Source: Epiperipatus broadwayi (taxonomy: Eukaryota; Animalia; Onychophora). From it: 64,000 bases of DNA. How positions within the stretch are numbered: position 1 is the first letter of the stretch; each line of letters begins with the position of its first letter. The translations under genes were made by a program, and so were the position numbers. The DNA lies in assembly GCA_028023455.1 (NCBI GenBank), contig JAQFVV010000007.1, positions 12,834,001 to 12,898,000 of the forward strand. Reading direction: 5' to 3'. Positions 37,081-49,800 of this stretch are shown in pieces. The notes beneath the pieces were generated by a model, which saw only the letters and a program-made list of their open reading frames with translations, was not told the origin of the DNA and did not search any database.

Positions 37081-37686
37081 TTAGCTATATATATATATGT
37101 TATCTAGATTTCCATGTTGCTGTTGGATTGGGACTGGATGGCGGCTGAGTATGTCAGCTACTATATTCTCAGCCCCCTTACAGTACCTAACTGAGTAGTT
37201 AAATTCTTGGAGGAACAGGTTCCAATGTACCAAACGGCTATTATTAAGGTAGCTATGGTTGAGGAATTTCAAACTTTTGTGGTCTGTAATCACCACTACC
37301 TCAGAACCCAACAGGATGGGACGAAACTTCTGAAATGCCCATACAGTGGCCAGGGCCTCTTTTTCTGTAATAGTGTAGTTTATCTCCGGTCTTTTCAGCA
37401 GCCGGCTTATGAAATATAGTACTCCCAGTTGTCCATCATGCTGGATCTGAGAAAGAGTGACCCCCAATCCATATTCACTACTATCGGTTTGGAGTAAAAA
37501 TGGTCTATCAAAGTCCGGATATGCCAACACAACTTGTTTTACAAAATTTCTCTTTACTCTTTCAAATGCTTCCTCTTGTTCTTGCATCCAACTCCAACGT
37601 ATGTCTTTCCTAATGAGTCGCAGCAATGGCTCCATTTGATCCGCAAATTTCTCACAGAATCTATTGTAGAAATTGCATAGACCCAA
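37081..37686 (-). CDS. pol: Gypsy RT C-terminus and RNase H
   Basis: GLCNFYNRF, LQTDSSEYGLG, EKEALA, VITDHKSL, NIVADILSR. Confidence 0.95.
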   Translation of the reverse strand: MGLCNFYNRFCEKFADQMEPLLRLIRKDIRWSWMQEQEEAFERVKRNFVKQVVLAYPDFDRPFLLQTDSSEYGLGVTLSQIQHDGQLGVLYFISRLLKRPEINYTITEKEALATVWAFQKFRPILLGSEVVVITDHKSLKFLNHSYLNNSRLVHWNLFLQEFNYSVRYCKGAENIVADILSRHPVPIQQQHGNLDNIYIYS

Positions 37687-39002
37687 AAAAGAACGTACAT
37701 TTTTTTTGTTCGGGGTCTAGGAAACTCAGTGATGGCCTTGATTTTGTCTGGATGTGGTTTGATTCCAGATTCTCCTACCAAATGGCCAAGGAATTTGATT
37801 TCATTGGATACCAGTGTGATTTTTTTTAAGTTTATCTTTATGCCCTTATCATGGCATTCTTTGAAAAATGTCTGCAGTTGTTGAAAATGTTCTTCCATAG
37901 ATGATGATGCCACCACAACATCATCAACATAAGTAATTATACTTTTCTTGACTTCAGGTCTTAGCACTTGATCTAAACACCGTAGCAGTCCTGCTCCACT
38001 GTTAATTAACCCAAAAGGCATTCGGTTAAATTGGTATGAGTATCCCCCATATCTGAATGCAGTGTATTGACGGTCCACTGGATGTAACTCGATCTGCCAA
38101 TAGCTGGCAGTAAGATCGAACATCGAGAAGATACTTTTTCCTTTAAACTTCATTAGCAGTTCTTGTATAGGTGGCGGAATGGTGCAGTCAGGTATTGTTG
38201 CATGGTTCAACTGGCGAGCATCAAGACATATTCTGATAGATCCGTTTTTCTTTTTTACAGCTACTATAGGGTTGCAGTATGGTGAGGAGCATTTATCAAT
38301 CACACCCCACTCCATCATCTGCTCCAATTGACACTCGACTTCTTCCTTAAATTTGTGAGGTATGGGGTATGAACATGCCTGGAATGGTTCTCTCGGCTTT
38401 AGTCTTATCCTTTGTGTATACCCCTTAATTATCCCTGGGGTATCAGAGAATATTGTGTTGTAATCTTGCAGTAGAGATTTGAGTTTTTTCTTCTCATTTG
38501 ATGAAGCTATTTCAGCCATACTGACCTTTTCTTTCAGAATCTCTGTGATATACTGGTTCATGCCACACAGTCCTGTCATACCAGACACTGATGACTGCGA
38601 GAATGGTATTTGATAACCATTGCATATCACCCATTCCGCTTCGTAATTTATATTACATTTGTTCATGTGCAAGAAGTCTGAGCCCAATACTGCCTCATGA
38701 ATCAAGTTGCTCATAATCAGAAATGCATGGCATGTCATCATTCCCTGGTATTCTATTTGTATCCATATCTGGCGAGGTTCGAGCTTGGTCTTTCGGTTGT
38801 TTGCTAGTGTTACCTGGGCAGCCCGTAATGGAAGCGTTTCTACTCTAGGGTTACTAATGATTATTTTCTTATACAGATTTTCTGAAATTACTGAAATTTG
38901 ACTACCTGAGTCCACTAATGCTAATGCTTCTACTCCTTTTAATGTTATTCTTATCGTGGGGCACTTTTGCGGTATGTATTGACCATTAAAGTGGACTCCC
39001 AA
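37554..39002 (-). CDS. pol: Gypsy aspartic protease and reverse transcriptase
   Basis: LVDSGSQIS (protease); SPYCNPIVAVKKKNGSIRICLDARQLN, MPFGL, YVDD and FLGH (RT). The reading frame is valid until a shift near 37700. Confidence 0.95.
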   Translation of the reverse strand: MGVHFNGQYIPQKCPTIRITLKGVEALALVDSGSQISVISENLYKKIIISNPRVETLPLRAAQVTLANNRKTKLEPRQIWIQIEYQGMMTCHAFLIMSNLIHEAVLGSDFLHMNKCNINYEAEWVICNGYQIPFSQSSVSGMTGLCGMNQYITEILKEKVSMAEIASSNEKKKLKSLLQDYNTIFSDTPGIIKGYTQRIRLKPREPFQACSYPIPHKFKEEVECQLEQMMEWGVIDKCSSPYCNPIVAVKKKNGSIRICLDARQLNHATIPDCTIPPPIQELLMKFKGKSIFSMFDLTASYWQIELHPVDRQYTAFRYGGYSYQFNRMPFGLINSGAGLLRCLDQVLRPEVKKSIITYVDDVVVASSSMEEHFQQLQTFFKECHDKGIKINLKKITLVSNEIKFLGHLVGESGIKPHPDKIKAITEFPRPRTKKMYVLFWVYAISTIDSVRNLRIKWSHCCDSLGKTYVGVGCKNKRKHLKE

Positions 39003-41862
39003 TGTGGCACGATCTTTAATAAACCACGAGTGCCCTGAGAATTTTAAAAATAAATCATGCCAGTAAGATTTTTCTTTAAAAATGAGTATATATATTTTTG
39101 TATTAACGTAATGTTATAGTCCAATATTTAATAAACCACGAGTACCTATGAAGCCAGTAATATTTTTTTTGAAATAAGTATATATTTTTTGTATTAACGT
39201 ATAGTTATAGTCCGATATTTAATAAACCATGAGTACCTTGAAAATGAAGCCCGTAATATTTTTTCTGAAATCAGAATATATTGTTTGTATTATATAAAGT
39301 TATGAATTTTGTGTAAAAAGTACTGCCAGTAAGAAAATTGTGCATATGTAGAAATAAATGCGAGGAATAAAATGTAACAATTAATATAAATCGTAATTTA
39401 ATTTAAAAAAAAAAAAAGTCTAAAATCACGTAACTTCTTTGACTTGCCTAAGTTAATAATGAAATGTAGGGAAAAGGGAACTCTTGAGGAAGGAGGTGTA
39501 ATCTCAGCTAGGGTGAAAAGGAAAGAATAGTCAGCATTTTTTTTTCTTCTTATAATTACTAACAAAGTTATGTTTTTTCATTAATAACCAAAGTTTTGTC
39601 CTTTTAAAAAAAAATTTAGTTAATCAGTTTGTGTAACGTCATTACTAACACTAAGTAAATTCTTTTTTTTTTTTAATGTTTTTGTTTTTGAGGAAGTTTA
39701 CTGATATGTAACGGAATATATGCCATTACATTATTTTAAAATGAAAATAAAAAGATCATAAATAAAATTTGATTTATTAAAAAGAAAAAAACTTAAAAAA
39801 CAGAAAATTAAAAGTTGTTTAATATATATAGATCGCATGATGGACAACTTTAAAAACTATTTTAAAAAATAAAAATATTTGAAAGTATTTTTTTTTTTTT
39901 TATAAAAAAAAGAAAATAAAAAAAATATTGATGTTAAAAAAAAAGAAATAATGTTGATTTCTAAAGTTTTTTTAAATATATATAGATCGCATGATGGACA
40001 ACTTTAAAAACTATTTTAAAAAAATAAAAATATTTGAAAGTATTTTTTTTTGTTTTGTAAAAAAAGTAAGAATATAATAAAGATTGATATGTTAAAAATA
40101 GAAATAATGTTGATTTCTATAATCTTAGAAAATGGAAATGATTGTCTTATTAATTAAATGATTGTTCAAAAGCAAACTAGCTCTTGAAGCATTTAAAATA
40201 AATTAAATGGTTAGATAAGAGAGTACAAAGAAATTAAATGACCAATGCAAACACCAGAAATGTCAGCACGGACCGTAATTGAAACACCAGAGGATTAGTG
40301 ACGTCTTGCCATTTGAATCCAAACATTGGATGATAAGAGACTAATAAAAATATAAAAGCCAGATTATTATTATAATTGTTATCTGAGAGCTGACTATGAA
40401 TATGTCATTATAATTAGCTATATTGCAGATTTTCACGATGTGGAAGTCACCAATAAAATTAAATTTTCCGGACAACCAGCTGAGACCTCCCTATGACAGT
40501 TAGGGACCAAAAGGAATGGCAAGTGGCGGCTTCATTTTTAAAAAGGAAGAACAAACAATCTATATAAGTGATCACGAAGATGGACCTCAGAATCTGCAGA
40601 ATCTGTAAAGTATAAACTTTTGCCAATTGAACTTTCTTTTAAATAATTACCGTATAACGTCAATAAGTAATCAATCCAAAAAAAAAAAAAAATAATATAA
40701 ATGAATGTACTCTTATCTGACCAAGAATAGAACTCTAAATCAATTATAAATATTTGTTTTTATATACGTTTGCTATTTCAATCATTTCCATCAATCATTT
40801 CCATTTTTTTTATTTAATTATTTATGTTTGTGTTTAACTAGGTTATTTATTTCTATCTGTTAAATAAAATGTATTAAATTAAAGTTGGGTGTAAATAGCT
40901 GCATGGATAAAGAGTAATAACTGTTTAAATTCGTTTATGTTTAATTTAAGGGATTTTAGTTTCAGGCTATTTGTTTCGTAGTTAGGGCAATGCTTGTGGA
41001 AGGATATATGGGTGTTTATATTAATGTAATGTGAAGCGTGTTTAGCATACAGGGCAACGTGCCCAACTGAATGCATGACTCCAAAGAGGCAGTCATATCG
41101 TTGAAATGGTGGCAGATGTATTTCCTGCACCATTGACCCCTTCTAGCTCTATGGACAGGGATTTATAAGATGGCAGAAAGACCGCTTTCCCCCATATGTA
41201 GCACTCTTTAAAATAAAAAAAATTATATACATTATTCCTTAGTCTAACAGATGCCTTTTCCTGATCTAGACACAGATCATTTCCTTCAAATAATATCATG
41301 CTGTCAGATGCCCATTTCTGTTGGCTTGGTTTTATGCTAGCATTTTCATATTACATTAGTTGCAAATATATATCTGGAAGCTGACATTGGGTTGGCTATG
41401 AACTTTTAGTCTGAGATTGAATGAATGTTTTGAGAAGTTTTTAAGTGAAAAAAAAAATCTATGTAGACTATCTATGCTCATCATGCTAAAGTAAAATATA
41501 ATTTAAATATCCATCTGTGCAATCTATTTAAATAGTAATTTGAATTTAAAATTAAAAAAAAAAAATTATTAATGTTAAAATATATTTATTCCTCAATTTT
41601 AAATGTGCGTTAATAAAATCTATTTGTGTGTTAATTACTGGCAGTGGCTTCTTTTATTTTATTGTTTTAAGTATTAATGTTAAGATCTCTGCTACTCTAT
41701 GAGCTAGTGACATTGGGCAAACGGTCAGAATAATATATATATATATATATAAGATTTTTTTTGAATCTTAACTTATGTATCTGCCTACTATATAAATTTT
41801 TCTAGGTTCAATGCCTAGATGGCGCCCATGTAGTGTGGCTATGTTTAAGGCTTTTTAGCGGA
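38998..41862 (+). mobile_element. Fragment of a second LTR family (X): PBS-like junction, short internal region and LTR (from 39707)
   Basis: 38998-39370 matches 63819-64000. 39707 (TGTAACGGA) to about 41860 is colinear with 61595-63800. It contains three 91-112 bp tandem repeats (39016-39300) and a 154-bp dimer (about 39821-40118). Confidence 0.7.
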
Positions 41863-43451
41863 TGGAATAAATTTTCTATTATTTCAAAGCGAAACACATA
41901 CATCCAATGACCAAACCACCCAATTATTTATATTTAACTATTTTGAAATATTTCATGATTACTTTATCGATTCTTTTATAATTTATTTAGATACTCCAAT
42001 GAATTACATGTAGCTTTACGTTAAAATTACAAACAAAATATTTATGACTGAATTACACAATTCATTGGTTCATTTAGTAATAGCAATTTAAGTCAAATGA
42101 TGAATTACTCATAATAAGACATAAAAAAAAACAAAATATAAAAAAAAACATAAACAATACTTCCTGAAGTCTTCGTTCTTCTCCGGGCTATGATTTTGAG
42201 GGTGATATATATCTGCTGTGCAGGTGATTACTTCACAGGGCCTATATGGAGGTTGGCAAATTGTCCATAGCAGCTACACTTTCAGAAATGGAAAGTCACA
42301 TCACTGGATGGCTATATAGGACTCCAAGCTGTGCGAATGTACCGAACTTGGTTTTCTACTCCATATCCATTGCTGAATCACGAATAAATCCTGATTCCAT
42401 TTCCTTAGCGATCTACAACATTAGGTTAAATTTCAATTGTATTTTTCTTTTTCAGTCAATGAATATCATATTTCTTGGTCTGATTCTTTTAAAAATACAT
42501 TCAGCATTCTGAATAAATAGTTTTTACACTCCTAATTCTTTTTCTTTTCCTTTTGTCTGTACACTCCGGAAACTATACTGCTAACGGGTAAGAGTGCCCG
42601 TGTGAGTATCAACCAATGTAACCCAGTTAACTAACTAAATTTTACCTGACCAGCCTTTATATATCCCTTCCATTACAGGGTGTATTCTCTCATCCCCTCC
42701 ACAAGTTATTGCTTTTACATTTCTGTTTTTAATTAAACAATTCCAAACAATGGATTTAATTTTAGCTATCTTTTAATTAATTTCAGAATTTCACAAACCA
42801 TTTAAATTCCAATCCCTTGATTTCTTTAAACAATAAAGTAAAATTACATTTATCTAATTAAATAATTTTGAATAGGTGTCAAGCCGATTAACCACTGATA
42901 CAATTTCTACACTTGTTTTCCAAAAACATTATACGATAAAAGAAAGAGGTCATCGGCTTGCCTGCGGTCAGGAACATTAAGTTGTAAAAAAAAAATTATA
43001 AAACTGTATACTTGTTGTCACATAAAAATTGTTTTTATGTTTTCCAAAAAGAATATTCAACAAGCAATAGAAAAAAAAAATACAACATTTGAGAATCTAA
43101 AATAAAATAAAATCAAAATAAAATATGTTTACTGTTGGGTTATTTGCAAATACATTTCAGTTTCCCATAAGAATTTCTTTAACCCTCTGTCATATTTATT
43201 CATATCATAAATAAAAAACATATAGCATTTATTAACAGCAAAATACATATTTATATGTGGTGTCCGCATTTGTTTATTTATAGGCGTATTATCACCATTC
43301 ATCCTATTTATTTTAAATATAGTGTGTGTGTAAGCAGAAGAGAAATAAACCTGCACAGACCACTCCTTTTATTATAATACGTACATTTTTTTGGACTGCA
43401 ACTAATGCTTGCAGTCAACTTTGTGGCAGTCATTTAAAACTGACTGTCACA
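41855..43451 (-). repeat. Gypsy 5' LTR, truncated at its 3' end
   Basis: 1597-bp copy of 32583-34178 with scattered substitutions; starts TGTGACAG on the minus strand. Confidence 0.92.
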
Positions 43452-43527
43452 ATATAGATCAGAATATTGTCGAGTTTTAAAGGATTGCTTATCAAAATAC
43501 AATTATAATGATTGTAAATATAATATC

Positions 43528-43838
43528 TGAAATACAGGCATTCTTCATATATCTGGAGCTTAATTGTAAATATAGGGGATTTGAACACAGACTTTTTAGC
43601 ATCCTTCAACTATCCACACTATCTCATTCACTGATACACATAACCACACATGTAGAAAATAAAAATAATCACCAATTATATATTTCATGCTAAACCAGCA
43701 TTCATCAGTTGGTCCAGATCATCATCTCCCACACATATATATATAATCAGTGCTCAGTTTATATTAAGATAGAAAATCATCATACTTCAATGGACAGGCT
43801 TCAGTCTACATTAGCCTCAAATTTTTCAGCCATTCATG
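43528..43838. repeat. Repeat family C copy
   Basis: AATACAGGC..GTAAATATAGGGGATTTGAACACAGACT.., colinear with about 10260-10590. Confidence 0.85.
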
Positions 43839-46800
43839 AAGAATGCCTTTATTTCAAATATTAATTATACTGATTAATAAAATAATGTGAATATTAATAC
43901 TCACTCTTTAAATATGCATTAATAGTATTACCTTTAATTTCTTACATTTCACTGGAGTTATCAATTATTTAATAACAATGATTAAATAACACAATCGTCC
44001 TATGAAGCTTAAAACTGTATAGTAGAATATATTAATTTCTTCAAAATTCCTTTTCAACAGTTTTATAAGAATATGTAGAGATCAACGTAGAAAATTAAGG
44101 AAATAAAAAATAAATGGATATTATTTAAGTCATCTAGACAAGTATTTATAAAGCTGAAAGTTGAAAAATGTACAGGTCCATAAGAGCTATCATTGATCCA
44201 TAATTAATTTCAGAAAAATAAACTATTTACATTTAGAGTTTTGAGAGTTATGATAATAAATCCAAATTCAGTCCCGTTACATTTTAATATAATCTTTCTG
44301 AAAACATATCCATCGAATTTAGTAAAATAAATATAAAAAGAATACATATTATAACCCACAAATTTTAGATGAACGATTGCCACCAAACGCCAAAATTATA
44401 TAACTTATAAATGAAAAAACAATCAACTACAGAAAAAATAAATAACCTCAGCTAGATAAACAGTAATTCATTGGCTAAATGTAACACATTGGCTAAGCTC
44501 AGTAGGATCTTATATATATGCTATAATAAAAGCAACCGCCATTGGAGTAAGAATAGCAATGACTAAACATTATAAATATGCTAATTAACAAATAACAAAA
44601 TTTAAGAAAAGTCTATAGTCACTCTGTCAAAATATAAATGCTCTTAATATTGAAAACATGTACCAAAAGTATTTAGGTTATAATATATTCTTTCTCATAA
44701 TACATTTTATACCCCCTCCAATATAATTACTCATCTCACCACAACTATTCTCACCATTTCATTGCAATAATCTTATTCAAAATTCATACCTCTTGATAAA
44801 GGATAATCATGTTTTTTAAGTTATTTGTGCCACTTTTCTTTTCAAAATAATTTATTTTGCTAAAATGATTTCTTTTTGGTCATTAATTACAATAATAAAA
44901 TCTAAGGGTTTTTTTATTAGATATTTCTAATATTATTTTTTTTACACTTTTTATTTTATTTATGAGTTATTAAACAGTGAATGACATTCTTGTGAAAATA
45001 TGAGAAGACGCATTCTTACCCCTAAGATAATGTCTACATAAGTTACAATAATAATAACAAATTTTAAAAGAAAATATTTTAATCAAAGTAAAATACATAT
45101 TAAAACTTTTAATTTAGCATAAAATAATCTCCTAGGATAGCATTTGAATGCAAAGAGTGGATAAGGAATTTTTAGCACTCAGAATATCCTATCAACAACT
45201 TGTAATAACTTTATATATATATATAAAGTTGAGATAAATAATTAAAGAATTACATTTATGATAGAAAATGAATAAGCGGATAGTAATTTTGTCAAAAAAA
45301 AAACAGACTTTTTTTAATAATTACAAATGGATTAAAATGGATAAATATTTTAATCTTTAGATTCATTCCCATATCTATAGATCATTATAATAAAGTGATT
45401 ATCTTTACTTTCTATACATGTACTTTAAACAATTGTAATCAAATGTAATTGTATCATTAATTATATAATGTTAAAATTTCTGGACAAATCATATAATGTT
45501 AAGATTCTGGATAATTGATATGTTATTGAGATGATATTAAAATTGAACACAAAAGTTTAACAATCAAATATAACCTTTATTTAAGCAACTAGAATAATTC
45601 AATAACAACACTTTTGGAAATCTACAGACTTAAAATAAATTGTTTAAAAACAATGTTATACCATCTTACTGGATTAAAAAAATATACTTTCATATGTTTG
45701 CAGTTTATGGTAATAAAAAATAAATGTATTAATTAAATTTTAAATAACTATTTTAAATTGTTTGACTGATATAAGCTTTATGACATGGATATTATTGCAA
45801 TAAACTATGCATTTTCCCTGACTGATAAAAGCTTTTAATAACTTAAGCATTATTACAAGTTCAATGTTTTTTGATACCATGCTCACTATAATATTGTCCC
45901 AAGAATGGGTGCATCTTAATACTAATCATATCTTACCAATACAGTGATGACTCAATGCTTAAGATGATGTATATTACTTATTTCAGCCTGTAATTACAAT
46001 TTTAAAACTTTAAATAAAATAACTATTGACTTTATATTCTGTAATGGTAGAAAAGCACAGCAAAATTGATCTTCACACCAGAACCTTCTCTAATCTACAT
46101 GAGTAGTCAAAAGTGCAACTGAAGAAAAGATGATAGTCTTCACAAACAAATAATATCAATTGTCATAATAATAGTGAAGTAATGTGGTATACCACATATG
46201 CCTATATAAAAAATATACTTCAGAGGGGAAAAGATAAATAAGGCAATGAACCTATGAATGGCATGAACTCAAAAGAGCAACACACATTTTGAGAGCAAAT
46301 AAATATTCTAGGATCTTTGTCCTTTAATATATTGGGAAAATGAGAATGAACACCATAAATATTAGGAACAATAGGAACTGCTTCAATTAAAGCATGTATG
46401 TGAAATATGAAACATGGAAAATATATGTACCACTCAATACCATTATTAGAGAGAGTCAATGCTACAATTTCTTTATAAATTACAAGTATTAATAAAATAT
46501 ATCACTAATGGAGTGACACAGCTACCATATTTTGGAAAATATAGTGGCAATATAAGCATAAACACTAATCTGTAATTCAATACTAACCAAACATGCAAAG
46601 TTTAAAATTAAGTTCATATAAACAATAATCAAAAAGAGACCAATGCTCAATTTTTTAACAATTATAATAATTATTAACCAATGTATAAAACCTATAACAA
46701 AGTAACTTGTCAAATCTGATCTAATAGAATATGGTCTGAAATATACAGTAAAGTAAGAATATACAATACTGTCACTGGTTCTGCATAAACATCTTCATTC

Positions 46801-49800
46801 AGATAGATAAATTACTCATAACAGAGAAAAAAACAATACTTCTAAAATAATATAATATTAATAAAGTAGTAAATATTCTACAAGTGAAAACTAGTATGTA
46901 AACTATATCAGACAGGAATGCATAATATAACTGAATAAAATACAAAATAATTTACAAAAAGCACACAATTATTATTTAATATTATATCCAGTTTATGAAA
47001 ATTTAAATTATTAAAATCCTTCATCATGGAAGTTTTTACCGGTTATTGGGGTAAAGTTCAGCCAACATAATACTTTTTCTATTTGTTCAAATTACTAGCA
47101 AATTAAAATATGAAATCCACAGCATTCAGAATTATTTTATATAAGAGGTTTTCTTAAAACATAGGCACACAAACATAATAATGGTGATTTGGTTTTGTGA
47201 AAATATTTTTAAACAAGTAAGGTGCCAACAATTTATGTTATAGCATTTTCTTAACATTTTGTTCTTCATTTTGGAAAAATAAAATTTAATACTGAAGTTT
47301 AGGACCAAATATTCTTAGAAAATTAGCAGGTTTTATTAGAAAGAATGCAGTGTTTAAATTTATATTGTAGCACTAATTATAAAAATGATGTATATAATAA
47401 AGTAGATTTTATAATGCAAATTATAGTCCATTAAAATATTTTAGATTCTTCTTATAAAAAAAGTACAGATGTTTTTATTATTTTGTCCAGATGTATTTAA
47501 ATAATTATAATAATGGAATTTTAAGTAATAAGTCCATGATAAATGAGAGTGGACATAATGCTTTTCCAATGAAAAAATAAATTAATAAATCTTTATTTTA
47601 CATAGTTGAGATATATTTTCTCTTATTGAGCATGGATAATCTTCAGTTGAAATGTACATGAATGACTGTCTTTCACTTTAGTAGCAATGATAATAAATTA
47701 TTCACTATGATCAATAATTGTAATGTAATTTTAAATCTAATACAAAAGTTCTTTTATCTAGGATTAAAATAATTCATTCATTAAAAGAAAAATGAATTTA
47801 TCCCAGAGAAAAACCATCATTTACCTATAATAAATTTGAAACAATATATTTCAAAAACAGTATTGAAGACAAAATATTTTAATGTCTTCAAATAAATCTC
47901 TTATTTTTTCAACATTCTTTAAATATTGATATAAAGCATTTAAAAATATTAAAGAACTGCTATAAATATTGCAAAACACAAGTCTTTAACAGCCTTATCC
48001 TTAAGATATAAGAAATACTAATTTTAAAAAAAAGTTTATTGTAAGCATAAAATTGAAGATCATAATGTTTTTATGCAAGCTATATATTGTTCCCACAACA
48101 TGTTAGTATTGACTAAATACAGTTCAACAATTGTAGAGAAATAATTGTTTAAATTTAACATTCTATTTTTTTTTAAAAACTATTGACTTTGGAATTCCCA
48201 GTAGACTTTAGCTTAAAGTTTTAGTACTTGAATTAAAGGTTATTAAACATACATTTTTACTAAACAAAAATAAAATTGTTTAAAAATAATTAAACTTTTG
48301 ATTAATTCTGCAATTAATTAAAACAGAAATAAGCCAGTTTTTTATTCTTTCCATGTGTGTTCTCTTGTCCATGTGTTTTCCCTGTTTGATGAGACTCTTC
48401 CAGTGTGTATATGTATAGCTTTAATCATGTGATTGATTGAAAATAGACATTTTAAAATCACCATCTCTTGATTTTCTATATTAATGTTTAAAAAATATTT
48501 TAATATCTGGAGAATCAAACTAAAAATAGAAACTCATTAGCATACAGTTTAGACTGTAATTAAAAATATAATACCTTAAAAATAATTATTTATGAAATAA
48601 AAATTATTACAATGAAATAAAAATAAAATATTACAGTATAAATTATATTGTTTTGAACATAATATTAAATTACTCTTTGTAATAAATTTAAACTATATTA
48701 CATAAGTTAGAAGTTTACCAGAAAACCTTTATTATTTGAATTAAAATGCTTAAGAATGATCTTTAAATATTATGAACAAGCTAGTGTAAACTAAAATGAA
48801 AATAAACAGTAAGCACAATCAGAAACATCCTTCTAAGTTTTTTTTTTTAAATTAAAAACTAATAATTTTTAATAGTAATAATTTAACTCTTTATCCCATA
48901 AGTTTAAATGTTTAACTTTATTTACAATAATTTAATCTTTATAATATTAGCACAAACAAATGAACTTTTACTAATAAATAATTTAGACATAAATCCTTTA
49001 TTATAAGCATGAAAATTAAATAATATCTAATATTAAAGATTTAAACTCTTGTATTGCTACAGTTTAATTTAAACACTAAATTGTGATACATTAGAGATTA
49101 TATGAAAGTAATTGTAGATTTTGATAGATTTTAGTGATCCTTTATTATTAGACAGGGAAATATATTCCTAATACTAATTATAAATAAGCTCAAATCAAAA
49201 TATAATAAAAAAATTTAAAATGATTTTTAATAATAATTTAGTCTTAGAAAAATGCTTAGAATATGTTATAAATTAAGTTGGCTTTTCATTGTAAAGCTCT
49301 AATAAAATTAATTGGCAATAAAATTATTATTTTTTTAACATGTAGGTAAATTAAATAAATGGAAGTTTAACTTTACTAGCAAAAGCTAAAGGTTACAAAC
49401 ACCAATGAACTTTTGAAAAAATTAGATTTTAAAAGTATAATTTTTTACTGCATTTATTTATTTTTCTAAAGAAGCAAATTTTATACTGAATTCAAAATTT
49501 CAAAAAATAGAACTGACAACATTTTGGTAGACTTATTAAAAGAATATCATACTACGGATGGAAATGGTTTTAAAATTGTAATGCAATTTACAACTATATA
49601 TTTATGAAAAATAACATTTTTACTCTATTGAGTAACAAAAAAATAATTGGAAAAATGGATACATATGACTTGCAACCATAAGTTGCATCTGTAATTCCCA
49701 TTTTTAAGATCTCTGTGAAATGAAGAAGGTTCACTTAAGTTATTAATTTTCAGCATTTTATGTCTGGAAGTTAATTTTTTTAACTTGTTAAAATAAAAAA

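Larger units (their letters stand above)
31828..43451 (-). mobile_element. Ty3/Gypsy LTR retrotransposon, gag-less and carrying nested insertions
   Basis: TG...CA termini with ATAT on both flanks (31824-31827 and 43452-43455). 32583-34178 is a near-identical direct repeat of 41855-43451. PPT precedes the 3' LTR and pol has PR-RT-RH-IN order. Confidence 0.9.

Noticed and set aside
39486-39510. GAGGAAGGAGG-TGTAAT as PPT plus LTR start of family X
   Set aside because: Homology with the 61595 copy begins only at 39707 (TGTAACGG), and the terminal inverted repeat fits that start.
41820-41827. TGGCGCCC as the Gypsy primer-binding site
   Set aside because: It is on the wrong strand for the Gypsy element and corresponds to TGGCACCC inside the X LTR at about 63758.
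44469-44532. Twin CATTGGCTAA (CCAAT-box) plus TATA-like promoter
   Set aside because: No associated gene or other support.
46220-46459. 79-aa ORF as a host exon or RT N-terminus
   Set aside because: No recognisable domain and poor splice signals.
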